The notes below the pieces were generated by a model. It searched no databases and was not told the origin of the DNA. It worked only from the letters and a program-made list of their open reading frames with translations. A stretch of 64,000 nt of DNA from the human T2T-CHM13v2.0 reference genome, Homo sapiens. The first letter of the stretch is position 1. Each line of letters starts with the position of its first letter. Both the position numbers and the translations under genes were made by a program. Shown here in pieces: positions 37,373 to 52,582 of the stretch. Location of the stretch: assembly GCF_009914755.1 (NCBI RefSeq), contig NC_060931.1, one strand, 5' to 3'.

Positions 37373-37813
37373 CCTCTCTCTCTCTCGTTCTCTCTCTCTG
37401 TCTCCTTCTCTCCAGTGTCCCCCCTTCATCAGGAGATGTATTCATTTGTCTTGAATAGTTTGAACAAATAATAATTCCAAGCATTTTGCCTTATATAATA
37501 AACTCTGTGAAGATTAATTCTCTCTCTTTCTCCCCTCTCCCGCCTCTCTCTTTTCTACACCCCCTGCCCCATCTCTCTCCTTTTTCATCAGGAGATATAC
37601 TCATTTGTCTACAATAGTTTGGGCAAATAATAACTACCACACCTTTTGCCTTACGCAATCACTCCATGAAGGTTAACTTTCTTCTCTCTCTGTCACTCTC
37701 CCTTTGCGGCTCCCGTACCTCTCCTCCCTCCTTCCCCTCCCTCCCCTTCTTCTCATCCCCATTTCCATCTCCCTCTCCATCATCTCCCTCTATCCTTCTG
37801 TTTCTCATCTAAG
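37373..37813. repeat. Diverged tandem duplication (159-bp period) with CT-rich spacers
   Basis: 37425-37521 vs 37584-37680 about 80% identical by manual alignment. Confidence 0.9.
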
Positions 37814-39064
37814 GCTTTTTTTGCCAGACATTTAAAGAGTTGTATTTTTAGATTTCATCAGCTTTAAAACTTCTTGTACGTCAAGAGATTTCCCCAGAAT
37901 GCTTCCATTTTGTGGTTGTGTGTTGTGTTTTCTCCCATAGGCTCCCAAACGTGTCCTCCAGTTTCAGGTTTTGCATTTTGCTCCTCAGGAGAAGAAGACA
38001 AGGAAGGTGGAGTGTTCCTTGCCTTAATGGTATTCTGGGTTAAATGTCAACATTATAACAATCTATGTTTCTATCTGCTGCAGAAACTAAGCAACTAGTT
38101 TTGTCTAAAACTGTCTGGCTTCTGTGAGTGGAGGTGGGGAATCAAGTGTTCTTTAGATATTGCTCATTTCAGACACATTCTAAACATTTTTCTCAAAAGT
38201 CATAGCTCCAATAATTGTTCATGGAAATCCATCAATCGAAGGTTGGCTCCAGAAGCTTTTTGTTTGTGAAAACTTACAGAGATAATGCAAAATTTTGTTA
38301 TGTTTTTCAAAACTGCAAAGTCCAAAAAGAAGGGAGAGATGGTTAAAAAAATCTGGATCTATGTGCTTCAAAGGCATTAAATTCATATTCATGAAGGGTG
38401 TTTTCTTTCTATAACAAAGCCTAGCACATGCCAATTAATTATTTCTCAGGGAAAGGTCGCTTAAGGGACTAAGTCTGTATCTCCATCTTCCCAACTGAGC
38501 ATACTAAATGAATAGATTTGCAAATTTAATCTAGAAGCGACATACATTTGGCCTTGAAATTATTTGTCGTATTTATCTTCTTTAGAACATTAATATTTAC
38601 TTATTATGGAGATCACGAAATAATGAAATAACATTTTGAAATTTATAAATAATATGCAAGTATTTTAGGATGAAATTTGAAAGGAAAATGTGTACTCAGG
38701 TAATATGCTTACTATTTATTTCCCCCCATTGCCACCATCAATATAGTGCCACCATAATTCTTTATAAAGGATACTGCTCTCAGAGAGCTGATAGGCATCA
38801 ACTGGAAGTGATCACTTATATTTTTTTAAATTTTTGTTTCTTAGACCTAAAAATGTAAGATATTTTTCTTGAAGATTGTTTATGAAGTTGGACCGAAATA
38901 AGAAGTTTGATGAGACAATTAAATGGTTATTTTGTAACTATGTGGAAATCCACAGTTTGCTCAGGGGCACCCTCACTCAAGTATTCATTCACTCCTGCCT
39001 ACCGTGTGCCTGGCACTCTGTCTTATGTGCTAGAAAACAAAGGGAATGAATGGGAAACCCTTCT

Positions 39065-39320
39065 AGCCTATTTCTTCACGTAAACATTAGAGATGACACC
39101 TACCCCACAGGGTTACTATGAGGATTACATGAAAAAATGAGATATATAAAACAACTAACATATAGTTGGGTTTTAATAGTAATAGCTTCTCTTCCCTTCA
39201 TTTATTGACTGGGTGGCCTTAGGCAAATCATTTATGGAAGAACTTCAGTTTTCTCATCTATAAAAATGAGGTAATAATTTTTACCATGGGGAATTGTGAA
39301 AATGAGTAATAATGTGTTTT
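39065..39320 (+). mobile_element. Two MIR fragments, preceded by an L2 tail at about 38980-39060
   Basis: cacctaccccacagggttactatgaggatta; ttcagttttctcatctataaaaatgagg. Confidence 0.65.
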
Positions 39321-39354
39321 TGTGGCAGCCCATGATACATTTAATCTACTGAAA

Positions 39355-39637
39355 TATTATTATTAATATTATTATTATTATTATTAAGACAGAGTCTCAT
39401 TCTGTCCCCCAGGCTAGAATGCACTAGTGCAATCTCAGCTCACTGCAACCTCTGCCTCCTGCGTTCAAGCGATTCTCTTGCCTCAGCATCCTGAATAGCT
39501 GGGACTATAGGTATGTGCCACAACACCCGGCTAATTTTTTGTGAAGACGGGGTTTTGCCATGTTGGCCAAGCTGGTCTTGAACTCCTGACCTCAGGTGAT
39601 CTTCTGGGATTACAGGCATGAGCCATTGTGCCCGGCT
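39355..39637 (-). mobile_element. AluS with (TAT)n tail and left-arm deletion
   Basis: gcaacctctgcctcc; tgacctcaggtgatc joined almost directly to ctgggattacagg. Confidence 0.92.
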
Positions 39638-40169
39638 TTATTATTCCTACTTTTTATTAGGTCCAAAGGGTCTATAGGACATCCAGTTGAAGATTTATGT
39701 TAGGGTGTTGAAAATACAAAATTGTGGTAACTCACAAATTTTAGAACTTTAAATACATAAAACAAATATTTGGAATGTATTATATTCACAAACAATTATG
39801 AGTAGAGATGAGATGAATTTAGAAATGGCTAAGACATCTTTTGCAAGGCTGTTTTCAGATCATTACTGATATTTCTGCATTCACAGCTTGTAATACACAA
39901 ATTATGAAAGCTGGACTTTCATAATTGAATAAGGCATTGGTAGAAAGTAGGCCTTTTGGAATTTTGGCATAGGCATTGTGGAGAGAAAGTTACTCGCAAT
40001 GTAAATGGTGGCCAATATAAATGGTATGTCTTTCATACCACAGACGTCACAGACTTCCTTTTGGCCAGAAAACTCAAAGCGGTGAGGGGCGTGGAAAGTC
40101 TATTAGTTCAAACACAGTACCTGAACTACACTAAATTTTCTCAATGCCATTGACAGACTTAGGAAAGGA

Positions 40170-40585
40170 TTATTTTTCTCAATATGTATCTAAAATTTAA
40201 ATATACATTTACTTTGACTCAGCAATAATTGTTTTAGAAATTTAGCCAAAGAAGATAATTCCACAAGCATACATAGATGTACAAACAGGGTTATTCAGTG
40301 CAGTCTTGCTTAAGGAAAAAATCTAATTGTTTTTTCATAAGTGATTAAAAATAAGTTATGATTTGTAAATACAATTGAATCTTATGCATATATTTAAAAT
40401 GTTTATCGTGCTTTATAATTCTTGATATCCGGGACATATTGTTGAGATTATATGGAAAAAAGATCACTAAAATGTAAACAACAGTTATCTCCTATGGATG
40501 GAGTTTCAGTTGATAACTTCTGTGATTCTCTGCATTGTTTGAATTTTCACAATGATTATTCTTACTTTTTATAATCAGAAAAAAA
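40170..40585 (+). mobile_element. L1ME-type 3' region
   Basis: ctttgactcagcaat...tagaaatttagcc; aacagttatctc; ttttataatcagaaaaaaa. Confidence 0.6.
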
Positions 40586-40954
40586 TGTTTATTATTTTTG
40601 GAGAAAAAGGTATACCTCTATATTTGTTGGTTGGGTGGATTTAATCTAGGTCAGTGGAAATGTGAAATGATTTTTCTTTGGGATTCTGGGATACATCTCC
40701 TAATTGCCCTTTCAGGTTCTAGCCCAGCATGTTAGCTTATTTCTCTCTCTACCTTTTAGCCATCCCAACATTTTCCACTGACAGACAAATCTGAGAAACG
40801 TGAGTTTTCTTCGGTTCCTTTGCCTCCTGATCTGGAGATTTCATTTCATGCTCATGCTATTAATTACATGGGTTTAGCGTGATTATTTGTTAGTCAGGCT
40901 TGAATTGTCACTCTGATTGACCCTACCTGGGCCCTGATCAAGAAAGGGGAAAGA

Positions 40955-41335
<381 letters not shown>

Positions 41336-41366
41336 TTACTTGGTTGCTTATGTGGGGATTCTGTTC

Positions 41367-41773
41367 TGCCTTAATCAGCCCAGGCTGCCAAAACAATATA
41401 CTGTAGACTGGGTGGTTTACCCAACAGGAATTTATGTTTCTGGAGAGTAAAAGTCCGAGATCGAGGTGCCAGTGGAGCCAATGTCTGCTGAGGTATCTCT
41501 CCCTGGGTTGCAGGTGTTTACCTTCCTCACTATGTCCTCATACAAGCTTTTTTTTCTGGGATGTGGGTAGAGACAGAGAAAAGAAAGTAAGCAGGCTCTC
41601 TGGGGTGTCTTACAATAAGGGCACTAATCCCATTATGTGGGTTCTACCCTCAAGAACTCATTTAAACCTAATTACCTCCCAAACGCCCCATCTTTAAATA
41701 CCATCACATCGTGTGTTTGGGCTTCAACATATGAATTTGGTGTGGGTAGAGGGGCACAATTCAATCCATAGCA
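41367..41773 (-). mobile_element. MLT1A-like MaLR solo LTR
   Basis: tagactgggtgg; aagggcactaatccc; cttcaacatatgaattt...tcaatccatagca. Confidence 0.85.
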
Positions 41774-41902
41774 GCTTGTCAAACCTGAAAAAGTAAGACC
41801 GAGCCTGCTAGACTGTCAAAGGATCTGCAGGCTTTGAGGAACACTCAAAATGATTACTTTTGTGAACTCCGTAGGGCCATAGGGGGACTGTATGTGGAAA
41901 TA

Positions 41903-42290
41903 CAGTCCATTCATGTCATTCACAATAAAGTCACTACAAACACTGAATTAGCAAATACCGAACCATTGCTCCTAGGAGAAATATTAGATTAAGTTCCTTT
42001 GAGTCTCTGGCCATAGCATTTTCATCAACCCATCAATATGTAACCTTGTTTTATGTGTGTTTCTGTTTAAGGCACCATATTTAATATATAGTATATTAAT
42101 TGACATTGAACTCACAGCCAGCAGCACTCTAACTCATGCCTGAATGAAGTGCATGTAACACACATGTTTTCTCTGTAAGGCCCATCGCAGCCTTCTTGAG
42201 CTTAGAACAGTAGAAATCACTTTAGCACTACACCGGAGGGATCATTTTAAACAATGAAATCACTAACAAAGATAGAAAACACGTGGTGCA
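41903..42290 (+). mobile_element. MER82 (TcMar-Tigger), truncated
   Basis: aacactgaattagcaaataccgaaccattgctcctagg; aaccttgttttatgtgtgtttctgttt. Confidence 0.8.
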
Positions 42291-43444
42291 ACTTTTGAAC
42301 TCAAGACTTGTTCTTCCTTTTCAAGATTTGTTCTCAAGAATTATTAATGTAGAAAAACTAAACAACTTGTCCTGGGTCCATGTTCCCCAGGCCATGGCTA
42401 TATTCCCCACCCATTAAAGGGAGAAGCAGATCCCATTTGGGCAATGAACTTAAGGGCCTTGGCACTTCTTGTGTGTAGTTTCATTAAACATTGCAGCAGC
42501 AGTACCTAGGGGAGCAGTGTTTTTGCCTCTTTGGACCCAATAATGTGTAAATTCTGTCACAGAGAACCGTGCACTGAGTCTAAACACTCATATTTTGAAA
42601 ATACATTTTTACGTTCACCAAGTTCTCTATCATTTCTAAATTTTTATAGCATTACTATCTTCTCATATTTGTCTTCTATCTTCTAGGCTACTATTTACAT
42701 TTACCCCTACCCTGGATTTTAGACAATAAATAAACATTGGAGGCATGTGCTGAAAGTAAGATTTTACCAGGCAAACAAGGAGAAGAGTTTTCATGGTCAA
42801 TTGTTTTTTGATGTTTGTTTTGTGCTGAATCAAAGAAGCAAGAAAGAGCTTGGTGTGTCCGGGGATCGTAGGTGGTTTGAAGTGACTAGGGCGTGATTCT
42901 CAAGTGCTTTTCTTCATAGCACCCCAGAAGTGTGGGTGGCACTCTTTAAGGGATAAAAAGATATAAGGTGACATTAAACAAATCAGCAATAATCATAACC
43001 CAACTGGTACTCCTTCATAGAATATTTCCCAGCATATATAAAAGTGCCCACAGTTATCTCACCACACAAGTAGTTACTCTTCAGCAATGTGGTTGTAGTG
43101 GAGTAGTATAGTTTACTTCCCTGATGAGGTATACTCATGAGCCTTGTAAATCTCACTTTAGAGTACACTTTGTTTAGCCTCTTACTGGACACCCCATATC
43201 CTCTCAGCTGAACATTCCATCTGACAGGCCATGGCAAAAAACAGTGCACATTCTATTGTAACAAAAATTAAGTGTGCACATTTGTCAAAATGGGGTGGCA
43301 TATCTTGCAGATGCTTGGCAGGATGCCTGTGGGGAATCACTAGGCTCCAGGAGGGGATTGTATGGGGGAATAGAGTAGATGTGGGAGGAAAAGCAACAGC
43401 AGCAATAAAGATGTCATCCAGGGTGTATTGAGAGGCTAATATTG

Positions 43445-43640
43445 ATAAATCTTCATTTACAGTGTTTCTAATCCTCACAACTACAACAAGCAAACTTGTT
43501 GTTATTAGTTTCTTTTTCGGAGGAGGAAAACACGGCTACAAAGGTTAAGTAACTTGTATGCATCTATTCAAGTAATAAGAAACAGAACAGGAATCAAACT
43601 CAGATTTATCTAATTCCAGAATCCAGGCTTTTCCCCATGA
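43445..43640 (-). mobile_element. MIR SINE
   Basis: taatcctcacaac; aggttaagtaacttg; aggaatcaaactcag...ttccagaatccaggct. Confidence 0.75.
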
Positions 43641-43959
43641 TATCTCTAAAATTAGGTGATACTAGATCAAAAGTATCCTCATATGCTATCACACTGGGAT
43701 GTTTAAATACTACAATCAAAATTTCCTATAAGTGTGTCCTGTGTGGGATAGTAATTCTTCAGGATGGGAAATGTTGTTACTCTAAATTAAGGGCTCTGGA
43801 GCCCAGGTAGGCTTATAAAATGCTGGACTTCACTAGCCATGCACACGCTCAGGGTGCCCATCTCTTGAACAATAGTTTGTATTTATGAAACCACTGTTTG
43901 GTGTTGGGGTGTATTCTGGTGCCACGAAATAGAGCTTCTGTAAGTGTGATGCTAAGCTC

Positions 43960-44015
43960 ACCCATTCAGAGATTGGACTCATGACCTTAATCTCATTAGC
44001 AACGCCATTCTAGAC
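43960..44015 (-). mobile_element. tRNA-derived ancient SINE head (MamSINE1-like)
   Basis: cagagattggactcatgaccttaatctcattagca resembles an antisense tRNA-like head; short and diverged. Confidence 0.4.
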
Positions 44016-44234
44016 CCATACTATAGCTTCTTAACCAATCACAGTGATACAGCTATACTTCGAGGATACATAGCAAATTCCTTCAGTTGCATGTTTTGTT
44101 CTGCTTTGCTTTTTTAAAAATCTCTTTTTAAACCAATTTATTCTAGGATGTTTAAAATTGCTTAAAGAATTTTACCTATGCATTTGAATGTATAATTAAA
44201 TATGTGTGTACGTGTACATGTACATAGATAGAAT

Positions 44235-44440
44235 AAGTTCCCAATTTTATTTTTAAATATGTGCATTTATATATGTATATAATCATGTAGAAAAAAAGGT
44301 TGGAAGAAATATAACAAGATAAGCATTGATTATATGTCTGGTGGCAATATTACTGGTGGTTTTAATTTTCTTTATACTTCTCCACATTTTCTAAATTTTC
44401 AGTAAGACTATATATTATTTTTATAATGAGAAAAAATGTA
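44235..44440 (+). mobile_element. Ancient L1ME/L1MC-type 3' end
   Basis: tagaaaaaaaggttggaagaaatataacaa; ttttaattttctttatact; ttttataatgagaaaaaa. Confidence 0.5.
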
Positions 44441-44685
44441 TATTTTCAATGTGTTCCCATTACCTAATTTTAAGATTTGTTATATTTATTTTTGTGTTTC
44501 AATATGCCTGGCATATGTCCCTTTTGCATATTTTATTCATGGACTAAAATCCTTGTCTGACTTTCACAACTAAATCAGCTTCTTAATGCTGAGAAGAAAA
44601 ACTAAAATTTGCATTAAGACTGAGTGAATGAGTAATCGTCATTATGCGTAAGAAGTGTTTGGAGTTGTATTTCTTTGTGTGTCTG

Positions 44686-44723
44686 GTGTGTGCGTGTGTG
44701 TGTGTGTGAGTGTGTGTGTGTGT

Positions 44724-44763
<40 letters not shown>
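44686..44763. repeat. (TG)n microsatellite
   Basis: About 78 bp of TG with a few interruptions. Confidence 0.95.
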
Positions 44764-44766
<3 letters not shown>

Positions 44767-46589
44767 GACTACATGATGGGGTTTGAATGAGAAGAAATAC
44801 AAAACAGAGGTTAGCTCAAGCAAGAGATGGAAGGGAAAACATAGAAAGAAGAGAGTGGGGAATGAAGCTAGAAATGGGTAAAACACAGACAAAAGCTAGG
44901 AAAGAGGTGGAGAGTAACAGCCGGTGAATGTAAGGGTTATACATTTCAGAGCATGCTATAGAAATCTCAAATTCCTGGAGGCTAACTGCAGCATATTTCT
45001 AATAGAAACTGAGACTATCCTTTCTCTTCCATGTTATTTATATTTTTCTTTGTTGTTAGTCTCCATGATCCTTTTTACATAAAGTTTCAGCCTCTGTGGC
45101 TGTTAATATGAACAGAAGGCTGCTGCTTTAGACAATTACAGTCCTATAACATAAGTAAATAAGTTTGAATCATGTTATTTTCAAATAATTATATTTTAAG
45201 GATACATTGGTTGACTTTATCCATATGATTCTCACAAATATTAAAAGGAAACAAAATAAGGTAGTCATATTTCTAGAATTGTGGAAATTCACTAGTTTTG
45301 GTTTATGCAGATTTGTGTAACCTACATTTTTTTGGTGGTGGTGGTCCTTTTCTCCTTTTGGGGAGACTTGTACACCTAGGGTCTGGAGTTCACGTGAACC
45401 TGAAAATTGGACCAAAACCCCTAAGATTACTTAGGCTTTCCTGGCTTTCACTCAAAATTATGAAGCTGCCTTGCTTCTCATCAGCTTGCTCATCATGTGC
45501 AGAATTATTTCCCATTGTTTTGTTTACATGCATAAGTGCTTCCCCAATTTTTGTGTATGAAAAGGTAAGTCCTTTAGACTGAGAAATGGTGATTTCTGTT
45601 TTCATTAGTTATTAAATACAGGAAAAGTTAAATAGTCATATTTGCAGCATATTTTCCTCTGGGAATTTTGGGGAAAAAAAAAAGTAACTCCATCTTTCGA
45701 GAAACAATTTACACTTTGTCCTGGACAAGAGACAAGTCTTCCAAACAAAGGGGAAAAACAGCTACAGTGTTTAATGTTGTTTGGATTCTACATGAAGGCA
45801 GAAGTATGATCACCCAGACTTATTTCATGACAAAATTCAGTTCAACAAACACACACTGAGGACTTGGTAATGTGTATGTCACTATGGTCATGCTAGAAAT
45901 TCAAAAACAAACCCAACATGACCAAGTCCGGCAGGAGCCAAGTGTTGTGGAGAAGACAGATGCAGAGACATGTAAGTTAAGAAAACTAAGTTATCTGAGC
46001 TGATTTAGAATATAACACAGATGAAAGGGCAACCGAGTCTTCCATTAGGGGCTTCTCCAGTTATTACCAACCAACCAGACATGTAAAACTATGTGGCTTA
46101 ATTTTCTTCCATCTCTCTGAACTTCTCGTGGTATGTTTATTCTAAAACTTCAAACAAATTAAGAATCTTTTTAAGTGTCTTTGAGGGTTAATTGTTGAAG
46201 TATATTCTCCACACTGGAGACACCCTACAACATCAGTTTCAAACTTTTAAAATTGAATCCCTTTTCCTAAAAAAAAAGTTTTACATGAAAAGTCAAAATA
46301 CAAAATACAAAACACATAAAGGCAGTGCTAATCCAGCTTCACCTCCCTCTTCTCCTCACGTTTCCATGGCATAGCTCTAGGACCAGGCTCAGTAGGAGGC
46401 ATTTTGAACCCATAGCCCTAGAAATCACAAAATATTTAATTTATATACTTTACTTTTCTATTCTATGCCAATTTCATAACAATTCTAATTTTTAACATTT
46501 TATATTTTGTATGTGTTTCTATAGTTATATGCATATTTGCTACTTTAAATTTATTTTATGTTATTTTGAGCACAAGAGTCCAGACGTTC

Positions 46590-46896
<307 letters not shown>

Positions 46897-47682
46897 AAGA
46901 GTCCAGAGGTTCAGTATCACTTGTTTTGAACAACAGATCACTTAACATAACTAAAGGAGCCTCTCAAGGCTTTGATTTGGATAGAAAACTTAAAAAATAA
47001 ATCACATTCCCTAATTACATATTTTAAAGAATTTATGAGAAAAATTACATAGTTGCTATCTTCTTCAAAATGGTGATGTTACTATTATTAAGAAATCAGG
47101 TATTCTGAGGCTGTTTATGGTTTGCAGATGACTGTGGTCTTTAATAGATGTCCCTTCCATTGGCTGCTATTTGGAAATATCATGCCCAATATCACTTTTA
47201 AAGTTAGCTAGGGATAACTTCATACTTCATTGGAGAAAAGGGTCACTCATATGGGGGAGGTGCCATCTCTACCCCCTCTAAACTCTCCCCTCAAACTCAA
47301 CCCTTCCACACTGAGTCTGTTCAGACTAAGATTCCATAATTAGAGTTTCATTCTTTGTGACTCTTAATGTTTTATCCCCTATGAAAATATATGGACATCT
47401 AAGAGAGAATGCTCATGAGATGGTAATCCACTTTTTATTGGGACTGATTTTTTTTTAGAAACGTTCATAAGATTTTGACCCAATGGTGAATAGAGAGACA
47501 TCACAAAGGACACTATACCTACTAAGTAGATTTAATATGTCAGAGAAGAGGAAAACAGCAAAGACAACAATACATGGTCCAGGGTCTACTTATACTCTGC
47601 AAGGTGTGTTCACATGAAGCTCTTTGTTTGAACTGTATCATTGAAATACCAGCCAGATGGCTTCAGAATATTCTTCTCTAGA

Positions 47683-47906
47683 CTGGGATTTCTCAATTTG
47701 GGCACAATTGCTGGACTTTGGGTTGAATAATTCTTTGTTGTGGGGTTGTCCTGTGAATTGCAGGATGTTTATCAGCATTTCTGGCCTTTATCCACTAGAT
47801 GCCAGTAGCATATGCCCCATGCTCCCAGTTGTCACAACCAAAAATATCTCCAGACTTTGCCAAATGTCTCCTGGGGGGCACTATCACCCCTGATTGAGAA
47901 GCACTG
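47683..47906 (-). mobile_element. MER20 (hAT-Charlie)
   Basis: ataattctttgttgtgggg; ccactagatgccagtagca; tgccaaatgtctcctgggggg; ttgagaagcactg. Confidence 0.88.
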
Positions 47907-49174
47907 GTCTAAGTTAATCTGTGTTTTTCTCTTCCTCCCTAGGGGTTGAGGCCTTATCAGCATTTTTTCAAGATCATATTGAGCAGCTGCATATTTACTT
48001 TTAAACCATTGTCACCTCATCTCTAGCCTACTCTTGAGTTCTCAATCAGTATGATGACGCTTTTAGTTCCAAAATTTTATAGCTACCCATCACACCTAAC
48101 CATTGTTGGTAAGCATAATCTTTGCAACATAACATAAGTCAAGAAGAGCGGATTTCTCAGCCAGTTAGGAAATTGAGCACAGACACTATGCTCAGTCCTT
48201 TGACCATAGTAATTCATTAGTTTTCAACTGGTCTCCCAGATGATATAGTGACTGTCAAAATCCAGTTTTCCACTTCATCTGACAACTCATAATTTTGTGT
48301 TTGTGAGTATTTGTTAACAAAATAACTTAATATGGTATGAATAATTAGTTCGCCTTTGAAGATCAAGGGTTGGTATCTGATTTTAAATAAGTTGTTTCAT
48401 TTACGGTGTTGAGTTCAGGATAACTATGATACAACGACATCACAACAATTATATTTAGCACGTCTAGATTCTGCTCAGAGGACAGCACAAACCCACAGTT
48501 AGCGCTATGCTGATAAAAATACCAAATCATAGTGTTCTAGGTTCTAAACAGGGCCATGCAGGATCTTAATGCAGAGAGACTCAGGCTTCACTTGTCAGCG
48601 GAAACCCTAAATTATGGTAGAGAAGCCAACCGAAGGTTGAAGCAGAAGCAATGTTGTAGAGAAAGCATGAGAGCCAAGGTGAGGGCACAGGCAGTTCTGA
48701 ATCATGAAGTCAGAGCCAGGAAGAACAGAAAGAGGCAAAGGAGTATAACAAAAACAGTTTAAGGCAAATTGTTCTGTCTTAATATAGAGAACAAAGCAAG
48801 AATCATACAATCCCTTTTCCACGTACGCTGGCTACACGGTGTACAGCAAAACCTGAAGGCTTACCAGTGCACAGTGCACAGTAGGACAAGATTATACTTT
48901 AAATCCTGGACTATTAACTCATGTCCTCTAGATAAAATTCCCAGGCTATCCACAAGATTATAAGTGTATGCTAATATTTGTTTCTAGGTCCCTTATTATA
49001 TACTGAATCATGGCTCTACAAAAAGCACAAGATGAACTCAAAGTAGATTTAATTATATACTTTGCTACATTTTTGGCACTTTAAGAATACACTTGATAGG
49101 ATGCCTTCAGCTCTAATTCACCTGGTCATATGAATATTAGAAAGTTTTCAGAATACTCTACTTTTGAAAAGATA

Positions 49175-49865
49175 TACAAATACTTGCAAATTACACATCC
49201 AACAAAGGTCTAATATCTAGAATCTATAAGGAACGTAAACAATTAAATTAGCAAAAAAACAAACAATCTATTAAAAAATGGCCAAAAGCTGATCATGAGG
49301 TCAGGAGATCAAGACAATCCTGGCTAACATGGTGAAACCTCGTCTCTACTAAAAATACAAAAAATTAGCCAGGCGTGGTGGCACATGCTTGTAGTCCCAG
49401 CTACTCAGGAGGCTGAGGCAGGAGAATCCCTTCAACCCAGGAGGCAGAGGTTGCAGTGAGCCGAGATTGCACTACTGCACTTGAGCCTGGGCGACAGAGT
49501 GAGACTTGCTAAAAAAAAAAAAAAATGGGCAAAAGACATGAACAGACACTTCTCAAAAGAAGACATACAAGCAGCCAGCAAACATATGGAAAAATGCTCA
49601 ATATCACTAATCATCAGAGAAATGCAAATCAAAACCACAATGAAATGTTATTGAACACCAGTCAGAATAGCTATTATTAAAAAGTCAAAAAAACAACGTA
49701 TGTTGGCAAAGCTGTGGAAAAGGTAATACTTATGCACTGTTGGTATGCAGAAACAGAAACAGATACGAATGAGGGATCATTCATATACCAAACCTCAGCA
49801 CACACAATAGATGTTTTTAACAATCCTGCACATGTACCCCCTGAATCTAAAATAAAAGTTGAAAA
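49175..49865 (+). mobile_element. L1PA15/16-like 3' fragment, internally deleted
   Basis: aaaagacatgaacagacacttctcaaaagaagacatac; 3' end cctgcacatgtaccccctgaatctaaaataaaagttgaa. Confidence 0.85.
49289..49519 (+). mobile_element. 5'-truncated Alu (AluSc8-like) inserted in the L1
   Basis: Begins near gatcatgaggtcaggagatc; TSD aaaaaatgg(c/g)caaaag at 49273-49288 and 49520-49535. Confidence 0.9.
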
Positions 49866-50429
49866 GGATATACAAACATTAGTCAAAGTTATTGGCAAAT
49901 ACAATATGAGATAATGTGATTCTCATTATCTATTGCATAATAATTTAAAAATAATTTGCCAATTTTGAAATAATAAATTTAAACATTTTAAAGATTGGTG
50001 AATACTTTTAATATTTTAAAAATTCAAGGAATATTATTTGTTAATAATATATCATAGTGGTATATAATGTTATCAGTCAACAATGGCACATCATCATTCA
50101 CACAGGATAGTATTATACCTTTCATGTCTGCTAGCTATGCATAAGGAAAACAAAAATTGGTTGAATCAATTAGAAGAGATAACATGTAAAAATGGTTAGC
50201 ACAGTGCTTGGAATAAGCAGGTACTCAATGGTAACTCTGGGTGAAAAACTGGGGCAGGGAAGTTGTCTCAAGATATCCAGTGTAATTGAGCCAGGGAAAG
50301 AATACAGGATTCCTGTCTTTTGTTTGATATGTTGGACCTAGGAAAGGAGGCTTTACCTGACATAATTTTTCTCTTTGTAGTATTTATCAACATGATGATT
50401 ATCTATTAGATGATATTAGTTATATCTTA

Positions 50430-50560
50430 ATCATAGTGAAGCCTTGACTTCTATGAGCTTTGATCAATTTACTTCATATCTCTGAGTTTTCTCATCCGTG
50501 TAGTGGATTTACTACCATTTGCCTCATAAGACTGTTCTTGGGGTTAAAGGAAAGAATGTA
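50430..50560 (+). mobile_element. MIR fragment
   Basis: tctctgagttttctcatccgtgtagtgg...gcctcataagactgtt. Confidence 0.6.
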
Positions 50561-50859
50561 TGTCGGGCGCAGTGGCTCACGCCTGTAATCCCAGCACTTT
50601 GGGAGGCCGAGGTGGGCAGATCACGAGGTCAGGAGATCGAGACCATCCTGGCTAACACGGTGATACCCCGTCTGTACTAAAAATACAAAAAATTAGCCAG
50701 GAGTCTTGGCAGGCGCCTGTAGTCCCAATTACTCGGGAGGCTGAGGCAGGAGAATGGCGTGAACCCGGGAGGCGGAGCTTGCAGTGAGCCAACATTGCGC
50801 CACTTCACTCCAGCTTGGGCGACAGAGCCAGACTCCGTCTCAAAAAAAAAAAAAAAAAA
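50561..50859 (+). mobile_element. AluY
   Basis: gatcacgaggtcaggagatcgagaccatcctggctaacacgg; agaatggcgtgaacccggg; pure A tail; TSD aaag(a/t)atgta. Confidence 0.95.
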
Positions 50860-51880
50860 AAAGTATGTACAATGTCTAAGTATTTTACATTAAGAGAATC
50901 TAAATATTTTGAGCAATATTTCAGGCCATTATTAAGGAAGTTTCTTTCAGAAACATGTCTCTATGATATATTCTAACTTGAGAATTTGGTTTATATATTT
51001 AGCTTTTCTGATTAGACATTTTTAATGGCTACATCCTTAAAACTATATTAAAAGGATTTTTATTCTATTTTCTATAAGCTTTCTCGTTGTTTGGCAGAGA
51101 GCATTATTTTACACTATCTCTTAAAGGATCCAAATGAGAATAGATATGGCTTCTGAAAGTCTTGGGTATTTTTGATCTTCTAAGTCTTCAACCAATTGTC
51201 ATTTCATTAAGGTGCCCTGCCGAGACGTTCTTTCACATACCATCATTAAGATGAATTGTAGCTCGGCTCTATAATACACGTATTACAAGCTCAGTTCACA
51301 TGTGTGTTGAAATTGTTACTACAGACAAGGTTCCATGGCCTGGAGAGGAGTGCAGCATCACAGCTGCTGTTTCAGGCAGCTTTGCTGTCAGTTTCAAGTT
51401 AGAAAACCACTTTCTTAGTGATAAGAATGCAGCCCAAAACAGGAATTAAAAAATTGTCTCTGTGACAGAAGACAAGTACTAAAGTGAATATCAAAGATTA
51501 CTTTATAACTTATTTAATGTGGTAAAATATACGTAACATAAATATCTAGCACTTTAACCATTTGTAACCATGTGGCCAGTTCAGCGGCATCATCAAATAC
51601 ATTCACCATGTTCTATAACCATCACCACTATTTTTTCTCAAAACTATTTCATCATTCCCAAGATAAACTCTGTCCCTATTAACTGGTAACTTCCCATTTT
51701 CACTTACCCCCAGTCCCTGGTAACTTCTATTTTACTTTCTTTTGGCTATTCTAGGTACTCCATATAAGTGGAATCATTCAATAATTGTTCTATGTCTGGC
51801 TTATTTCCTTCAACCTAGTATCTTCAGGGTTCATCCATGTTGTAGCATGTATCAAAATATCATTACTATTTATAATTTAA

Positions 51881-52582
<702 letters not shown>

